From positions 3,407 to 67,406 of the forward strand of contig JBFMEB010000009.1 in NCBI GenBank assembly GCA_040753675.1: a DNA stretch of 64,000 nt, read 5' to 3'. Every line of letters begins with the position of its first letter. Position 1 is the stretch's first letter. Source of the stretch: Candidatus Omnitrophota bacterium (GTDB lineage Bacteria > Omnitrophota > Gorgyraeia > JAHJTE01). The position numbers and the translations under genes are program-made. Shown here piece after piece: positions 27,801 to 42,800 of the stretch. The notes under the pieces were generated by a model, which did no database searches, was not told the origin of the DNA, and was given only the letters and a program-made list of their open reading frames with translations.

Positions 27801-30800
27801 GCAATTGCAGAACCGCTAATTTAGATGTTCTTGATATATTTTTAAAAGTGCTAGAACCAGATTCTGTCGGGTTTTATTTACAGCCAAGAGTTGGATTTGG
27901 CGTAAGTCGTTGGAAGAAGATTCCCCGGGAAGCGCTCTTAGCTAATTTAGGCAAAATTTCTGTCTATGCTGATCAGAATGGTAGTTTTTATGAAGTAAAA
28001 GTTGAGCCAACCGGAGTGGCAATTATTGATGCGCCAAACCTTAGCGTAGAGATAGTAAATGGGGCATCTATCCGGATAATTGATAGAGATGGTAATGTTC
28101 TTAGATGTCACAGGACCACAGAAAACTTACTACGTATTAGCGGCAGGCCGAAAGTAATAAGAATTCATGATAGCACCTGTGAGACAACAGGGATTTTAGG
28201 CGCGGATCTTCCCCGTAGACTGATTCATCGGGTGCAACTTGTTGCGAGAATATTAGGGTTAATGCCGGCTCCAAAATTTGACCGGGCCGTTAAACTCATA
28301 GGATTATTAATTCTCCTTTGGCTGGGCTTGAGCTTTGCGACCCATCTTTCCTTCTTCTTATATACTCCCTTTATCTTAGGCATGGTGGCTGTCCGGGCTA
28401 ATCAAGCTAAACGTGTCAACGAAGAAGGATTAACTGCCTGGCTAAAAGAGCGGCTACATCAAATAAACCGGCAGTTGGAGCATGTTTCTACGCAAGTCGC
28501 GAGATATAGAAACAAGCCAGAGAAACAAAAAGAGCTCTCTGGGTTAAGAAGACAGTTCAAATCAATAAGAAAACAAATTGAATTTCTCATCGGAGAAATT
28601 CCTGAAGAAGTGCCTCAAGAAAAATTCTCTGATTTAAGAGGATTTAATAAAGAGTTAAAGAATGAGATTGAAGTTTTAGATGAGAAAATTCTTGCAGCTG
28701 ATAAGCGCGAAGATGATGAGACATTGACTAAATTAAATAGCGAAAAACAAGAAAAACTTTGGCTTAGAACAAAGGCGCAATTATTATTGGCTTTAGAATT
28801 TATGAATAAAAAGGAAAGATGGGGCTTTTTTGTTTCTACAGCGCTCGTTTTAATCATTGGCGCTCGCAATAATATGCAGACTTTGCAAAATGTAGAATTT
28901 TTCTGGTTTAAGGTAAGGAAGTTTAAGGAGGCAAGACGAATAGATATTGAGCTTAAAGATTGGTTGGCTGCAGTAGTAAGGTCAGTTGAAATTGGCGAAT
29001 GGAAAATAGAAGCGCCAGAAGAGCAGGGGTGTAATCTTGTTACACATCCATGGGTAAATCATTACGGAAGACTACAAGACGGAACTATTCGAGTATCTAA
29101 AAAGCAGATAGATATCACGCTTAATTTATCCACCCTTTCCGAAGGCCTGCGTAGTATTATTCATAAATATATAGGCCAATGTAAGGAATATATGGTCTTA
29201 ATTGATATGGCAGCGCATTTACGCCATATCATTATTAATATTAGTAATTATAAAACTGCCGTGGTTTCTCAAAGGACTCAAGATGAGGCATTAGAGATTA
29301 TTAAGAGAGTAAAAGCGTGGGTCAGCCGTGGCATTTCACCTTATGCAAGAAAGAAAGTTTACGCTGATTTAGAAAATGCCTCTAAATATTTAGAGTCAGA
29401 AGGTTACGGTAAGGTTATCGAGTATTTAGAATATACGATTTCTAAATTTAAGAAGAGGATGGCTAATCTTGATAACAAACGCACAAGTTCTATTGAGCAG
29501 ATTTCTATTTTGTTAGAACAATTAAGGACGAAAATTTCTACCCAGGAGGATATAAAAGCAGGCCTGCGTCTTGCTTTACAGTCAGTAGAAAGAGATAGAC
29601 GGCTTGACTGGTGCATAAATATTTTAACTGATTTAAAAGAAAGACATTTCCTGCAAGGAAAAATTTATGAGGATAAGGCATTAGATAAAATCAATCTTGG
29701 CTTAAGTGCTGCTATCTTAATTGCAAAAGCGACTAAAGAGGAAGGCGCTTCTTTTGAGGGTATAATTTTACAAATAAGCCAGCTGCTTTCTTATTTTATT
29801 AACGAGGTTACAATCTCTACTAATCGTTATAAGCCGCAATTACCATCTGATATTAGAATTCACCTTGAAAAAGGTGATAGGGTTATCTTAGACACGAAAT
29901 TTGAAGTAGCTAAGCAGGTATTCTATTATTTATTACGGATTAAACTTAGTAGTGAAACTTTGCCTTTAGAAAACCTTTATTTAAAAGTGAGAGATAAAGA
30001 GATTTCGCCCCAACTTAAGGCACGGGTTGAGCGCTTAGAAAAAGATGGCCCAATTCAAGCTGAAAAACTAATATTATACAGAATAATAAAAACGAAATCC
30101 GGCAAAACTGCGATGCTGCGCTGGCAGGTTGATACAAGCAAAGAGGCAAGAGAACTTAGCCAGGTAAACAACAGAATCTGGAAAAACAAAAAAGAATATA
30201 TTAATCCTCGAGTTGCCAGAAGGCGTAATCGCGAATACCCAACCGGCCAAGTTGTAGCAGAAGTTGACGGAGGAATTATAGGTAAAGTATTTTCAAAGGT
30301 TATCCATACAAAAGGCGATGCTAATAGCATACCTACTCCGGTTAATAAATTAATTCATATTCCTCATGGGGACTCTAAAATTTGCTATGCAATGGGCACA
30401 GTGCCTGAATTTAACGGCGATGGGATTATTAAGCATTTCATTGGTGTTCAGATGGAACTTGCGCTTAATGAAGGAATGGAATATTTGTTTACCCATAGTC
30501 CTATTACAGCACAGCCTCTGCACGAGCGTTATGGAGCAAGGAAAGTTCGAGATGTAACTCGTTGGAAAGGCCGCCCGCCTGTTCCCGGTGTAATAATGCA
30601 ATATAGTTTAGGTCAGCTAATTTGTATCATTAGCCCATCTGCAGCAGGTACAGACTCACTAATAGGAAGGCTTATCCAGGAGTTTAGTCAGATAGGTAAA
30701 ACAGTCAGGTATACCACAAGACCTCAGCGAACCGGTGAGATTGAAGGACGCGACTATTATTTTATTTCTGATGTTGAATTCGAACAAAGATTAGCAGCTA

Positions 30801-33800
30801 ATGAGTTTTTAGCCGTGGAAAGTAGTTACGGCGCTCGCCGCGCAGTGTCAATGTCAGAATTAAAAGAAAAACTGATTACTTCAAAAATCCTTATCTTGCC
30901 ATTGGGAAGTAAAGATTCTGAACTAGAAAAAATATTAGGCACTCGCCTTACTTACGTTTATATTTCCCCGGTCAGTGAAGACCAATTACGAGATGCAGAG
31001 TTTATTAGAAAAGAACTTAAATTTAGGCATAATATGCGGCAAACATCGCCAGATGAGAATGTTGAAGAGCGCATTAGGACCGGCATTGAAATACTCGCTA
31101 AAATAACACCTGACGATGCGGTTATCTATAATCTAAGAGATAAGCAAGAAGATGCTTACAAACAACTTAAGGCAACTCTTGGCAGCCGCCTGCCAAATTT
31201 CCCGCCACTACGCTCTACATCTAATAATATTCATCTTCTCGGAGGCAAAGCAGCAGAAAAGGAGTTGGCTGTGGTTGCTTTGGGTGGGAATGATTTCAGG
31301 AAAGAAGGCCAATCGCGCGAGACTTTAGGTGATGGTATTGACCAGGCTGAACAAGAGAATATTAGAGAACGAGCAATAACTATGGTCGATTTATTGACTG
31401 ATTACCGGCTTGCATTCGTACATGGGAACGGTCCCCAGTCAGGCGATTTCTTAAATAAAGCAGCTAAGAGCGAATACGAAGCTGTAAGGAATTTGACGAG
31501 TGTCGAAGCAAATGCCAATACACAATTTGACTTGGGCAGAAAGATAAGAAATGCCTTAGTTAACGAATCAGAGAGAAGAAACCTCGCCTTAAAGGATAAA
31601 GTCCGCTTTTTACTTACTTATGTAGAAGTATCCCAGGAGAGTTTAGCTAAAGAACCCACAAAGCCAATCGGGCCTTGGTTGACTTTGGTTGAAAAACAAG
31701 AAGCAGAGCAACAACATACAGATAGAGTTTATGCACAGAAGCGGCAATCTGAAAATGGCAAAACTTGGCGTTGGCTAGTGCTATCTCCTGAACCTGTTGA
31801 TATACCAATGTCCGATAACATTAAAGCTATGATAGATGAAGGAATGATTCCAATTTGCTGCGGAGGCGGCGGCATACCTGTAGTCAGAATCGGTAAAAAT
31901 TTAGTTAAACCAGTGCAGGGAGTTATTGATAAGGATTTAGCAGCACAAAAATTAGCAGAGAAAGTCGGCTCTAAAATATTAATTATTCTTACTAATGTGC
32001 CATCTGCATTTATTAATTTTGGCAAACCGGAACAGGAACCTTTAGGAGAAATTACTGTTTCGCAAGCAAAGGCATATATGGCTAAAGGTTATTTTGGCGT
32101 AGGCAGCATGTTTGAGAAAGTCAAGGCAGGAGTTCTGCATATTGAGGCAGGTGGAAGAATTGCCATCATCACTGATATTGATCACGTAGAAGATGCTCTG
32201 GCTGGCAAAGCCGGCACGCGTATAGTTGCGGATAAAAAATCCCAATCCGGCACCATAATCTTAAAGACTCTTTTATTACTTTTTGGTATTAGTCTTGTAG
32301 GAATTGTTATTACATTTAGTTTGGGCCACGCTTGTGCGATTGTCCCTATGTTTTTATTAGGGGTGAACATAAAAAATAGGCGCTCCAGCCAGAAATCAAG
32401 AAGGCATACGGCTATACTTGCAAGCAGTAAAAATTCAGATGACATAGGATCAATTCACGAAGTTATTCGTAGCTTATTTAAGGAAGTGGTACCTCAGCTT
32501 AAGTCTTTGAGACAGTCAAGAAAAGCATATGAACAAATTTTAAGAATTTTACGTAATAAACTTTCAGGACGTTCTAGAGAGCTTATATTAAAAATAAGAG
32601 AAGCCTTGAAACATCTATTCATCTTTTATCCAGTTAGAAAAAGAAACTTTTTGAGCCTTGAATTTACTTTATTTATTCTTCTAAGTGTCCTAAAACAATC
32701 AAAAAATAATAATATAGCAAAGGCTAAAGTGACAGATGCGCTAAAGGGCTATTTGCAGTACCTCCAAGGTTATATCCTTCGTTTAGCTCCTCAAGATAAC
32801 TCTGTAATAGTTAGTTTCTTTAGTCCGAGAGGACCGATAGATGCAGGCAGTGAAGTAGAAGAGGCATTGAGATTCAAAACCTATAGCCCAAAGCCCATAA
32901 CCAAGGACACTATTGTTTTAACTCCAGACGGAGAATTCTCTTTTAGTTTAGTGTCGAATTGCACAGAAAACTGGTTCGAATTATTCTCTGCCATAAGAGA
33001 AATTAATATTAGCACTGGTAAAGAGCGCTGGAACAAAAAACAGCATAAGACACTGCGTTTTATTTGTCGTAAATGGCTTATGATGCCTCAAATCAAGATA
33101 TTCGTTGCAAGGAATGCTCAAGGTAAAATTATTGGTTACTTGATATTTCTCGATTCTGATAAAGCTTTGCGTAAAGGATGCCTTGTTCGATATATAGCGT
33201 ATTCTGGTGTCTATCCAGATTATCAGCATAAAGGAATTGGCATTGCCCTACTTAGAGCATTGGTTAATTATGCCAAAAATAAAGGCCTTAGAGATTTACG
33301 TTGTTACACAAGCGCAGACCCAGCGAGTAGCTTTAGCCAAATAGACTTTTTGCGCAAGACTGCCATTAGGTTAAACATAGAAATCAAAGAAGAGCTTATT
33401 AAGCCAGATGACGAGTATTACAGATACCCTGATGGAAGTAAAATATTAAAAGTCACCCTCGGTTCAATTCAATCTAAAGTTTATACGATTGGGACTGGCC
33501 GAAGACGCATGAGCTTATTATTTGGAAGACTTAGGCCTCTATTAGCTGACTATAGGAGCTTGTCTGCATATCAGCCTCAAGCCATAAAAGGCCTTGATAG
33601 ATTTCATTTATTAAAAATTCCTAAGTGCAATTTATCTGTTTCGCCGCCGATTACGGGATTAGAGTTTCAGCCGCTTGAAGGCTTACATCGGATAGTTAAA
33701 GGTTCTTATCATATCTCTTACGAAGAAATGGGTTGGGGAGCATTAACTGATAATGATGTAATCAGCACTTATCCTTTTGGTAATTGCTTGGCAATTGCCT

Positions 33801-36800
33801 TCCAGGGCAAAAAAGATGGCCAAACCATAACAGGTTTAGCCCATATTAACGAGAGGGTTTGGCTAACTAATGAAAATTACTGGGCAGTTAAATCTTTGAT
33901 TACATATCTAAGAGACGATTTAAAATTGCAGGCAATAAGATTATTTTTACAAGGCAACAGCCAAGATACTACTAAATTGCTTACCTTAGAAGAGGAGATG
34001 GCCACAGAGCAGGATATAGAAATATTTGTGTTGCCAGGAAGAATTTACCCTCTTTATAAAAACCACATAACACACCTGTTGGTTACAAGCTTTGCCTGTC
34101 TTTTTGTTACTGCCGGTGTGCCTTTGTGTCTATTCTGGGATAGTTCAAGCAGGCAAATAGAGAAGGAAATAGAAAAGTATAAGAAAGCATTAGAGTTGGC
34201 GCCGAAGGTGCTTAATCGCGAACATCCACAAGGTGAGCTCGGCGGTGTTTCACAAGCTTCTCAACCTTCGGGCAATAACCTTAACCGAATTCCTTTCGAA
34301 GGCTTTACCTGCCTTTATACTAAGGATGGGTTTATAGATTCTATAGTTGATAGCAAAGGCCAGTTATGGGCAGAGTATGAATATTATCCTCGAGAGCGGC
34401 AGAGAGATTTATTTAGGAGTATTAGGTTAAAGAATATTTTTGGAGCAGATGATAGTGATATATTTTTAAAGCCTTCGATATGCGATGAGGAAGAAAGAGT
34501 CCAGAGATTTTCAATTGTTCTTGGAAATAAAACTATAGGACTTGTTACATATAGAATAGACAAAAAACAGCATACTATTGAGATTTTGGCCTTCTCAATT
34601 TTAGAAGAGTATAAAGACATATCAATTATTGAGACAGTATTAAACTGGTTGGCAATGGAGGCAGCGAGAACCAAGCTGAGAGTGCAACTGTCTTTAGAGG
34701 ATGCTTTCTTAATAAGAATTGCCAGACGCTTTATTAGCGCTAAAGGCTGGCCTATACCAAAGACCTTCGTTTCCAGAGAGGTAAATGTAAGGAATTTGCT
34801 TATTAAATACAGTCGCTTCCTGTCTGATTCAACTTCTCGCATGCGAAGACGCTTAAGTTCTCAAGATATACATGAGGCGAGATCAATAATTTATGAGTTG
34901 TTGCAAATAGAGGAGCTTTACAGAAGAGGACTTAGGTTAGAAGCCATTGATGTTTTTGTTCCAACGCAGTCAGGGGAGTTAGAAATAGATGCGTTTGTAA
35001 GAAGCGCAGAAGATGAAATATACATGGTTGAAATTTTTAATTTGAGTTGGCACCACAATTTAAGACATAAATTATTTCATATATTTATTAGACATAGAGA
35101 AGATATTGAAAGATATTCAAAAGATAAATTTGGCCGTAGTCCCAAAGGATTTATTCTCTTGGTTTTTAGTAGCCATAATGAGGCGATTAATAGCGCTGAG
35201 ATAGAGAGGAGAATTCGTAGCATAGAATGTGTTCCAGAAGGATATATAGAATTAATAATTACACAGCCAAATGCCCACCAGTATTTACCTGATAATGAAA
35301 GTCTGAAAATAGCAGTTGAATCAGTGATTGGGTCATCTAATGCAGGAAATTTGCAAGGAGCAAGACAAATTTTAAGTGCTGTATTTCCTTTAGCGTTTTT
35401 TGGCTTAAGCATTAATTTGTCAACCTTAGGCATAATCGCCTTAAGTGCAATTTTGATTTATTTTATTCTTAGTGCCTCAACAAAAACTAAAAATACCATC
35501 AATGCCAGTTTAAAAAAGCCAATTGATAATCATTCAAAGAGAATTATTGTAAGGCATCTAAACGAAGGTATTGAGGCCTTGGACCGATTAGTTGGACAAA
35601 GATTGAAAGCCAGCTCGCAAGATGAATGCTTGGTTGTGGTAATCACTGGCAAAAGCGGGGCTGGCAAGACCACTCTAGGAAAAGTTATCGCAAAACGCGG
35701 TATAGGAGAGATACGAGCCGACAATGTTGAAGTTATAGCTGCAGATAGATTTTTGGCATTTTGGGCATTAGAAGATACAATAAAGCCAAAGGCATTCTTA
35801 AGAGTGTTTAATCGTGTTTTAAAAACAAAAAAAGTAATAATAGTAGACGGCATATTTAGTTATCGTCTATTTGAGGACATCCGTGGTATTGATTTAATAG
35901 ATATTCACGTCCTCCTCGAAACCCATGAAAGAATCAGGCAAAACAGATTAAAAGAGCGCGATGGAAAAAAGTACGACCCGAATAAAGGTTTAAGTGAATT
36001 TTCAAGACAGCATAGAGAATTGCCGAATTTGGTTGGCAGAGATTTAATCGTAATTAACGATGAACATGTTGATATAGAAGCATTAGTTAGCCAGAGGTGT
36101 CATGTTATGCGCCAGACCTCATTCAATAAAGGGATGGCCGGCAAGCAATTAAGCAAAAATATAAATGAATTATCGCTATCAGAGATTATTAAGAGATTGC
36201 GTTTAGCAGACAAATACTTCGAGATTGATGGGGTCAGCAAAGAAGATGAGATTTTAGTTGCTGAGGTTTTAGAAGAGCTTATTCAGCAGGGCTTGGCAGG
36301 TGCCAGGGATGTAGAGATAATAAACATCTATAACAATTTATATTCTGCAGAGCCATTTTTTGCAGCGCGCAGAGATAAAGAACTCTACTTAGGCATCAGT
36401 ATTTTTACGAATAGAAGACTTAACCGAGAGCAAAAGAAGGGTTTATTGAAAGTGTTTATATATGAAGAGATTTTATCTAAAAAATATTTATCTAAAGATT
36501 CTTCGGCTCGGAGCCAACAACTTTTATTAGAAAAAATACTTGTTTTATATAGGTTGATTCAGGCGCTTTCTAAAAATAGGCGTACTGATAAGCAATTATT
36601 TGATTTGCACTTATTTTTGACTGGTCTTATGCGATTTCCACAAGTTACACAGGAGCAGATCGCGGCATTTGAACGGCTCGTTGATACCTTTAGTCATAGT
36701 GAACATATTGACACTGCGTTAAAAGCAATAATTAGTTATATAAGAGATTATTATCCAGATTTGGATGTGCGAAGAGCTGCCTCTTTAAGAGGCAATTCTT

Positions 36801-39800
36801 TGTTAAAGGCGAGGACAATCCTTCTTGATGAAGACTTGATGGCAATGTATGAGGATAGAGAGCTTTCAGAACATGCCAGACAAGAACTTCTTGTTTTATC
36901 AAAGTCAAAAGAGACTGTTAAGCAACTTATCAGCACAATGTTAGAGCGCCATAAAGGTGATAAGGAAAGATTAGTATCTGTTGGCATAGCTATTGCTAAC
37001 TCTCTTTCTTATAGCGCTGCACTTTATGCAAGAGTTACCCAAAGACTAATGGAGATATCTCGGGATAATGGTGAATCAGCAGGGTTAGCCATTGAGATCT
37101 TAAAAGGTATTGGAGTTTTAGAAAACAGGATTACCAGTTTTGAAGAGACAAGAGAATTGATAGACAAACAAGTAAGCAGTGTAGATCCAAGCAGTCTGAG
37201 ATTTCCGGCATTTGTAGCAGAAATTCTATGCCCGGTTCGAGGGTTGCAATGTGTATACGATAAACCAAGGAGGAATTATAGCGCAGTTATGGTTCCACAC
37301 TTTTTACGTGATACAAAGGGGCCGGTTATGGTTAGGATAGACTGTTATTTTGACTCAAAATTAGGTTATTATGTCTTCAGATGGCAGAACGTACAGGGCA
37401 AAAAGAAAGAATATGTTTATTATCGAATTGTTAGTGATTCGATTGGGTTTGAACTATTCTTGCCTCAGTTTCCTAATTTAAAAGGTAATAAACATGAGAT
37501 TGCTGAACAAATTTCTAGTCAGGACCTAAATTCTAAGCAGTTTGGCGACAGGGAATATATTTTGCCAGCTAAGGATAGAGGGCTACTTACGTTCAACATA
37601 AATATAGGCAAGCGCTCTGTGACAGCTTGTATGGCAACAGGCGACATGAAAAGGGGAGTCGTAAAATTAAGAGTAATTCTTATCGAAGAGTTAGTATGTT
37701 ATTTATTCTTCCCAGTTCATAAAAGATATTCAAGTCATCAAATCCGAGACTATGAAAAAGAAGGCTTCCCCAGCATTTCTCGCGTTAAGCAGAATCCTTC
37801 TGATTATTTGTTACCGGTTAGCTTTGAGGAAATTGGGAATGCCGATCTTGAGCACTGGAGAATGGACAAGCCAATAATCTTTAAGAAAATCAGAGAAAAA
37901 TATCAGCGCGGCAAGCTTGCTCAAACACTTGGCGCATTTTCGGGAATGATAAAACCAGTAGAGATGCAGATTAATGAATATTTTGAGAGATACGGGAAGG
38001 CATTTGAAGAACTGCAAATGAGTCAGCATAATTTAACAAGTCCGAATGAGGCATTTTCTGGAATTTACAGAGAATTGGCTTCTTTGGGTATAATCCAGCT
38101 ATATTTACATAGACTAATTAATGATTATGATGTGGAATTTGGTATTGCACTGCAGGAAGTCAACCAAAACTTAGCATTAGTTGGCAATAGCTTACGTCTA
38201 TTAAAGCATAAAATAGATGATAAGCGGCAAATCGTCCAAGACGCAGAGTATCAAGTTTATGCCTTTAAGAACCGGCTCGGAATTAAACCCAAGTTTAGAA
38301 GAAAGAGTGGAAAAAGAACTAGGCCCGATGAGAGAAAACAAAAACAGGATGCGTTAGCTGCAGCGCAATTCATTATTAGGCTTATCGAATTTATTAAATT
38401 AGGCAGAATATTTAAACTTGGTAAAATAGTCACTGGTTTTGAAGAGCTGATTGCTCAAAGTGTAAGAAATGGTATAAAAACAGAAGAGGATTCAAATAGA
38501 TTAAAGACATTAACTACAACATTGCTTTGCTGGCTTTCGCCTTTAATCATTGGCTACTATACAAGAAGCATACCAATTATGGTTGGATTATTGGAAAAGA
38601 TTTCGCAGATAGAAGAAAGAGATTTTAGTGAGGTTATTAGGAGAGGGCAGGACATACTTTTAAACTTAGAGCAGATTAGGCCTTATTGTCGTCAGGTAGA
38701 ACTTTTAAAGCAAGCTTTAGATGAGTCATTAAAATGGTTCAAAGAGGTAGATAGATTAATTTCTGAAGCTTTAAAAAATTTACAAAATAAAATTAGAGGC
38801 AGATTAAGACAGCTTAATAGGAATAGCAAAGATTTGATTAAAAAAGCGCAAGACATATTCGGGATGCCCTTAAATACATTTGCCGAGAAAGAGAATTTTC
38901 TGAATTTAGCTTCAGATTGGTTAGAAGATTTTGAAATAGAAATTACTAAAAATAGATTAGGAGGCCTAACCAGAAAAAAAGGAGCGGCATCTTCCTTCCT
39001 TGATTCTCCATTTTTGCCGTTACTTTTTCTTGGTTTAGGCTTAGCAGGTTTTGGCGCATTTTATCTTTACAATTTACTATTCGGTTCCCAGGCCACTCTT
39101 GCTCCACCGGAATTAATATCACAAGCCATAACTCATCTGTCACATGTTCTAGTATCGAGTATCGAGCATCTAGTATCTATCATCTCCAATTTCCTTTCCA
39201 CCAACTACCAACTACCAACTACAAACTACTTCTTTTTGCCTTTTATCTTCGGCTCCATCTTCAGTCTCTACGATGGACTTAAAGATGATGAGCAGCCAGA
39301 TTTATTTAAAACCATAGAGGAATTATTACCATTTGCCAGGAATAGTTTTCATCCAGAAATCATAAATAAATTCCAGGAACTTTTTAATAAGGCAATAAGA
39401 AAAGCAAGGACTAATGCTGATGTAGCCTTGGCACTATCTGTAATATTAGAGGATTTATTACAACATCCGGGCAGTGGTTGTCTTAAAAACTTCTCTATAA
39501 GAACCTTAAGAATTTTGCATTCTTACTGGCCTGATATTGTCAGCGAGGCAAAGATGGCGGAGGTCTCTATTTCTAAGGCTTCATTTGAAGAAAGGCGTAG
39601 TAACCTTGAAAGAGAGTTTATAACATTTGTTAATCCCGCTAATGGGGAGGTTTTAGAGTTTAAGCATCCAAAATCAGGACAGGTTCAGAGATTTTGGCAA
39701 GGAAAGCGTGACCGTTTATTTTTCTATAAGATTCTAACAAGTCTATTATTAACAAACGGACAACTTATGGTTGAGGGCATAGAGTCTATAGGTGATGGCA

Positions 39801-42800
39801 GGATACATTTAAGCGCGCCAATCAATAAAACTATAACATTTACCCCTGGCACAAAGACAAGGATTCTGATAACCAGAATAAACATAGAACCATTAAGAGC
39901 CGGTGTGCGTACTGTTAGCGCAATACCTATAACAGATTTTTCTAAAGATGCTGATACCGATATTTTTAGGGAGAGGTTTAGTTTAGATGGTGAACTTTTA
40001 GATACGTTCTGGTTTGATTTTCCAGGACAAGACGCTGATTTAACAGTCTCAATAGGAATAGAATCATCAAACGATGCATATAAACGGAGAATATCTGTGG
40101 CTGGCAAGCCCTATTTGGTATTTGCAAAGGCGAAGAAGCATATGGTGTTAAAAGAAGCTGATGAGCCCCTCTTCGCTATGCCGATAGAAAGTATTGGGCT
40201 GGCAAGGAGGGTTGCTCGTATAACCTCATATACCCAGAGGAAGATATTTACCTTGATTAGGGTATTTCCAGGCGACGACGGACTACCAAGCATATTGTGG
40301 CGCATAGCAAATAAAATGTCCGATAGAGATAGTATATCGATAGCGAAAGTGGAGAATTTAACTATTCGTAAGTATCAGAGAAAAGATTCAGCGAGAAAAC
40401 TGGATACAAAGGGCGTAACGAGATATATAGTTGCCTTTGATGAGAGATTCTTTTTGAAGAGTGGCGCAGATATTAAAGGATGCGTTGATGGTTGGTTTTT
40501 AATTAGCAAAGATCAGCCACCAGCGCTTATTTTTTATGCGCAGTCTGGAAGAAATGATGAAAATAATTTATTTGGGAATATTTTATTATTTGACCGTTTT
40601 GGGGTTTTTGTCCGTACCGGTAATGCTGTGCCAAACGTTGATGAGATTAATGAACAGCCTTTTAATGGCAACTTTCTTATTAGTAGAAAGCAATTGTTTG
40701 GCAGCAGTAAAGCCTTGTATTGGAAGATAAGAACATCGAAAGGAAGACTTAAAACCTTGAGATGGTGTTTAGGCAGCTCTTTTAAAGAGAACGAAGTTAC
40801 GCTCTTAGTAAAGGATGGTTTTCCCCGGATAGCGCTTAGTTGCCCTGATTGGGAAGCAGGTAATCTTGATGCAGAAATATATTTATTAGAATTCAACGAA
40901 AAAACTCATCAGCGCTCAAAATCAATTGTTTCGCTCTTTGATCTGACAAAAGTTGATTATGAAATAGGCGTAAGATTATGCGCGGAATTAATCCTCCAGG
41001 ATATATTATCAATAGTTATGGAGAAGATTTATATCTCTACAGGCTACAACCACAATAATTCAGATTTAAATGTTAGAAGAAAAATGTTTATTTTAGCCAT
41101 CAAATCAGCTCTTATGCCTAAATTAAATATTTTTTCTCTTTCTAAGAAGACGTATTCGCAATTATTGCGATATTTAGTTGATGAGATAATAAGAAATATC
41201 GATGCGGCAATAGAAGGATTAGATGTAACTGAGCAAGAAAAAAAGACGGTTTGCAATTTAGTTAAAAATGTTGCTTTAAGGAGAATAAAAGCGCTCGCAC
41301 CGGAACTTTCAATTTTGGCAGATTTAGAAAAACTAAAGGATATCGCTATTCCTAAAGCTAAAAAGAGTTTTCTTGATTCTATGGCCAATAGGATGAAACC
41401 AGAGTTTGCTCAAGCATTCACAGATTTGTTTGGCTCTAAAATGGATTACGAAACCAGGCTGGCAATTTTATATTTATTATTTAAGACATTCTCATCAGCG
41501 GAAGCGCTGGGACAGGAATTGATAAGTCATCTAAGAAGCACTTTGTTAGAGAATATTGAGGCAGATATCAGAATGGCTAAGCAGATGAGCGAAGAATCAG
41601 ATTTAGGTAAGCTTGTTCAGACAGAAAAAATTCTTGAGAACATTAATTTGATTATAGGCTTAAATTCAGAGTTGGCTGTGTTTAATATAAATAAAAATAC
41701 TTTAGAAGAAATTACAGACCTATTAAGCAAGGTTAAAGCTAAAATTAGACAAATTAAAGAAGAGCAGTCAGGATTATGGTTAAAGAGAAGAGAGGTAAGT
41801 TTCTTATTAGATAAAGTGAATATTCTGCTTGATAATCAACAAAGATTAAAAGCAAGTACGCTATTGGCAGCCATAAAAACAAATTTATCAGAACAAGCTT
41901 CTTTAGAAAGAGAGATCTTAGGCGAGAGAAGCGATGAGCTTAAGGCTTTGGTAGCTAGATTTCATGTTGCTGAAGAACGATTAAAAGCAATTTCGCAATA
42001 CCGCACAAGAAGACCAGGACCGATATATGGTTTATTATTTTTAGTGTTTGCCGCCGAGTTAATTCATAATTTAATCCACCCTGCCACAAGTCCACAAGTA
42101 CTCACCGCTGGTTTTGGCAGTCTGCCACTCTGGGGAATGATAATTGGCTTGGGAGTGGTTGTAGGGTTTGGTTATTTATTAAGAAAGCAGATTTTGAAAT
42201 ATCTGATTAATCACATATTTAGACAACCTCACTGGGTATTCCATGGTGGTACGCTTAATAGATTACCTCTCATAGTTAGATACGGACAACTTATGTCTTA
42301 TTCAGCATCTGCCTTGCTGTTTAATAGAGAGGTAACAAGAAACAGACAAACCGAATCGCAGAGATTGACTCTTAAATATAAAGAAAAAGGATATGGGAGG
42401 ATTAGAACTTTTGCTCATTTATTTTGGAATATAAACATAATGTATAGATTTAGAACCAACTTCAATTATGTCTATTTAACAAATACCTTAAGACATGCCT
42501 GCTATGAGAGCAAAAAAAAACTTAATGCTTTACATGTAAGCAATGAAAGTAGGGGAGAAATTTTTGATGGGGAAATAATTCTGATATTTTCTGGAAAAGC
42601 CATTGAAAATTCTTTAATTGATTATTCATTTGGCAGACTTTTCTCTGCTCTAAAAGGTTACCTGCGATTTTCTTCTCCAGTTGATTTATCTTATTTAAGG
42701 GCGGTTATTGTAGTTAATGGACGCAAGAAGGTTATTGAGGAACTCTTGGTTCAGAGTGGTTATGATGATGTAGAGGTCATTGGAGTTGAGTCTTTTGATT

